NCBI GenBank assembly: GCA_016840425.1
Contig: JAEOSI010000147.1
Location: 1 to 6,017, forward strand
DNA: 6,017 nucleotides
Reading direction: 5' to 3'
From: Candidatus Wukongarchaeum yapensis
GTDB taxonomy: Archaea; Asgardarchaeota; Wukongarchaeia; Wukongarchaeales; Wukongarchaeaceae
Shown: piece after piece, positions 4,446 through 6,017 of the stretch
How the letters are laid out: the number at the start of each line of letters is the position of its first letter
How positions within the stretch are numbered: position 1 is the stretch's first letter
Made by a program: the position numbers and the translations under genes
Notes under the pieces: model-generated
The model's database searches: none
What the model was told of the DNA's origin: nothing
What the model saw: only the letters and a program-made list of their open reading frames with translations

Positions 4446-6017
4446 TTATTCAAGATATAGAGCAGGTTTTCCTGGTTTTGCTTGTTTTACTTTCCCCAAG
4501 GGATCTTCTTCTATTCTTTCTGCATCAGTTATCTCTATTTCCAGGCCAGTATCCTTACTTATATACATTTTAAGTTTTTGAAATGTTTCCATCTCCTTCT
4601 CCTTTTCAGCATATCTTGGCCTTTCTCTAATTATCTGAGAAACTATAGAAACAACTATTTTACCCTTTTTCCGCATTTCAGGATTTCCCATAAGCTTCTT
4701 GATTATTTCCTTCTGCTTCTTCCCCTCGCCTAAAGCAACAGTAACATCATCATAGATTTCATAAAGCCATGATGACGCCAATATAACCTTGGCAATCTTT
4801 GGCTTTGTCTCCTTCATAAGAGAAGCTATCTCTTTTATATCATCAATCGTTTGCCTAACAACCTGAACAGCCTTGAAAACCTGATCATCAACTAAATCCC
4901 GCCTCACTTTAGGCCAAGAAGCCTGACTAGCAAAACCCTCAACTCCCATAATCTCCCAAAGCTCCTCACACAAATGAGGTGTAAAAGGCGCCATCAAACG
5001 CACCCAACCAGACAAAACTTCCCTCATAACCCTCCTAACACCGGCAAAATCCGTTGACCTCTTCATCTTTAAATACTCAGAAACATCCTGATCCAAAAGA
5101 TACAAAGAGTGCTGTAAAGCGTCCCTCGTCTCACAAATCTCCAAAGACTTCGTAGCCTCATCCACATGCTTATAAAAAGCAGAAAACATCCACCTATCAA
5201 CAACATCAAAACCCTCATCCCCCTCCTTTTCCGATTCTCCTCCATTATCACCATAATATTCCCTAACATAATTATATAATCGCTCAAGCTTGCCCCTAAC
5301 AGACCTGACCAACTGCTCATTAAAATCAGCATCAGTTAAAAGACCAGCAGAAGCCATAAGGACAGCTCTTATCAAATCAGCACTATAAAGCTCAACAGCC
5401 TTCCTTATCGGTACAATGTTCCCCATAGATTTCGACATCTTCTCACCCCCCATCAAAACCGAACCATTAACCACAATACCTCTCACCCAATCTTCTCTCG
5501 AAAATATAGCCACATGATTAAAAACCATAAAACTCAAATGATTCGGCACAAGATCCCTGCCAGAATGACGGGCATCCAGAGGATACCAGTAAACAAACTC
5601 ATCCCGCATCTGCTTCAAAAGCTCAACAGACATCCCAGCCTTTCTGGCTACTCCCTCTAAATTACACTCACCAAGAAAAACATAATCAAAGACCTCGTCT
5701 GAAAAATTCTCCTCACCAACCAATCCCTCCTGCAAATATTTTGCAATCGTGTAAAAAGCCATGTATATCGTAGAATCGCTCAAAGATTCAATAATCCAAC
5801 TTGTATCAAAAGGCAAAGGCGTCCCAAGCCCAGACTTCCTAGCACAAGCCTTCTCCTTCAACCAATCAAAAACGTTCCTAAACTCCTGCCTCAAATCCTC
5901 GGGAAATATCCTCAGATCCTCAAGGCCTTCACTAGCCAAAATTTTCCACCCATGATCGCCATAATTTATAAACCACTGATCCTCAACAATCCTTACAACA
6001 CACTGGGTCCCGCACCT
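4446..6017 (-). CDS. leuS: Leucyl-tRNA synthetase, archaeal/eukaryotic type, C-terminal ~half (5' part outside window)
   Basis: The frame stays open past the track's TTG 5939 to the window edge (RCGTQCVVRIVEDQWFINYGDHGWK). Motifs WIIESLSDSTIYMAFYT, YWYPLD, SGRDLVPNHLSF, KMSKS (5427-5441), PFTPHLCEELW, and the archaeal C-terminus AKPGKPALYLE. Confidence 0.97.
   Translation of the reverse strand, partial: RCGTQCVVRIVEDQWFINYGDHGWKILASEGLEDLRIFPEDLRQEFRNVFDWLKEKACARKSGLGTPLPFDTSWIIESLSDSTIYMAFYTIAKYLQEGLVGEENFSDEVFDYVFLGECNLEGVARKAGMSVELLKQMRDEFVYWYPLDARHSGRDLVPNHLSFMVFNHVAIFSREDWVRGIVVNGSVLMGGEKMSKSMGNIVPIRKAVELYSADLIRAVLMASAGLLTDADFNEQLVRSVRGKLERLYNYVREYYGDNGGESEKEGDEGFDVVDRWMFSAFYKHVDEATKSLEICETRDALQHSLYLLDQDVSEYLKMKRSTDFAGVRRVMREVLSGWVRLMAPFTPHLCEELWEIMGVEGFASQASWPKVRRDLVDDQVFKAVQVVRQTIDDIKEIASLMKETKPKIAKVILASSWLYEIYDDVTVALGEGKKQKEIIKKLMGNPEMRKKGKIVVSIVSQIIRERPRYAEKEKEMETFQKLKMYISKDTGLEIEITDAERIEEDPLGKVKQAKPGKPALYLE

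Noticed and set aside
5937-5939. TTG 5939 as the leuS start
   Set aside because: The frame is open to base 6017 with conserved LeuRS sequence, so the true start lies outside the window.
4396-5955. ORFs 4396-4581 (+), 4482-4733 (+), 5069-5332 (-) and 5761-5955 (+)
   Set aside because: All overlap leuS in antisense or alternative frames and have no independent support.

Overview
Archaeal-type chromosomal window. On the + strand is the end of a histidine operon (partial hisH, hisA, hisF, fused hisIE), tightly coupled by ATGA overlaps. On the - strand is the 3' part of an archaeal-type leucyl-tRNA synthetase gene (leuS). Between these housekeeping blocks lie two co-oriented - strand accessory genes. 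One is a heliorhodopsin with the retinal lysine and counterion intact but a few atypical pocket residues. The other is an unrecognised 182-aa single-pass membrane protein with a glycine-zipper TM helix, a perfect 36-bp tandem repeat encoding (PPGPPSTPPPSS)x3, a PSAP motif, a Pro7 run and a C-terminal 4-Cys domain. This pair is the best candidate for an undescribed system, but a functional link is inference only. Other oddities are an 11-bp tandem repeat at the hisIE 3' end that reads as four T7 tracts on the opposite strand, a HisIE that keeps a standalone-HisI-like tail, and a synonymous-codon shift inside leuS. Lineage (e.g. Asgard or other) cannot be established from this window. Residue comparisons with reference proteins are from memory and need alignment.
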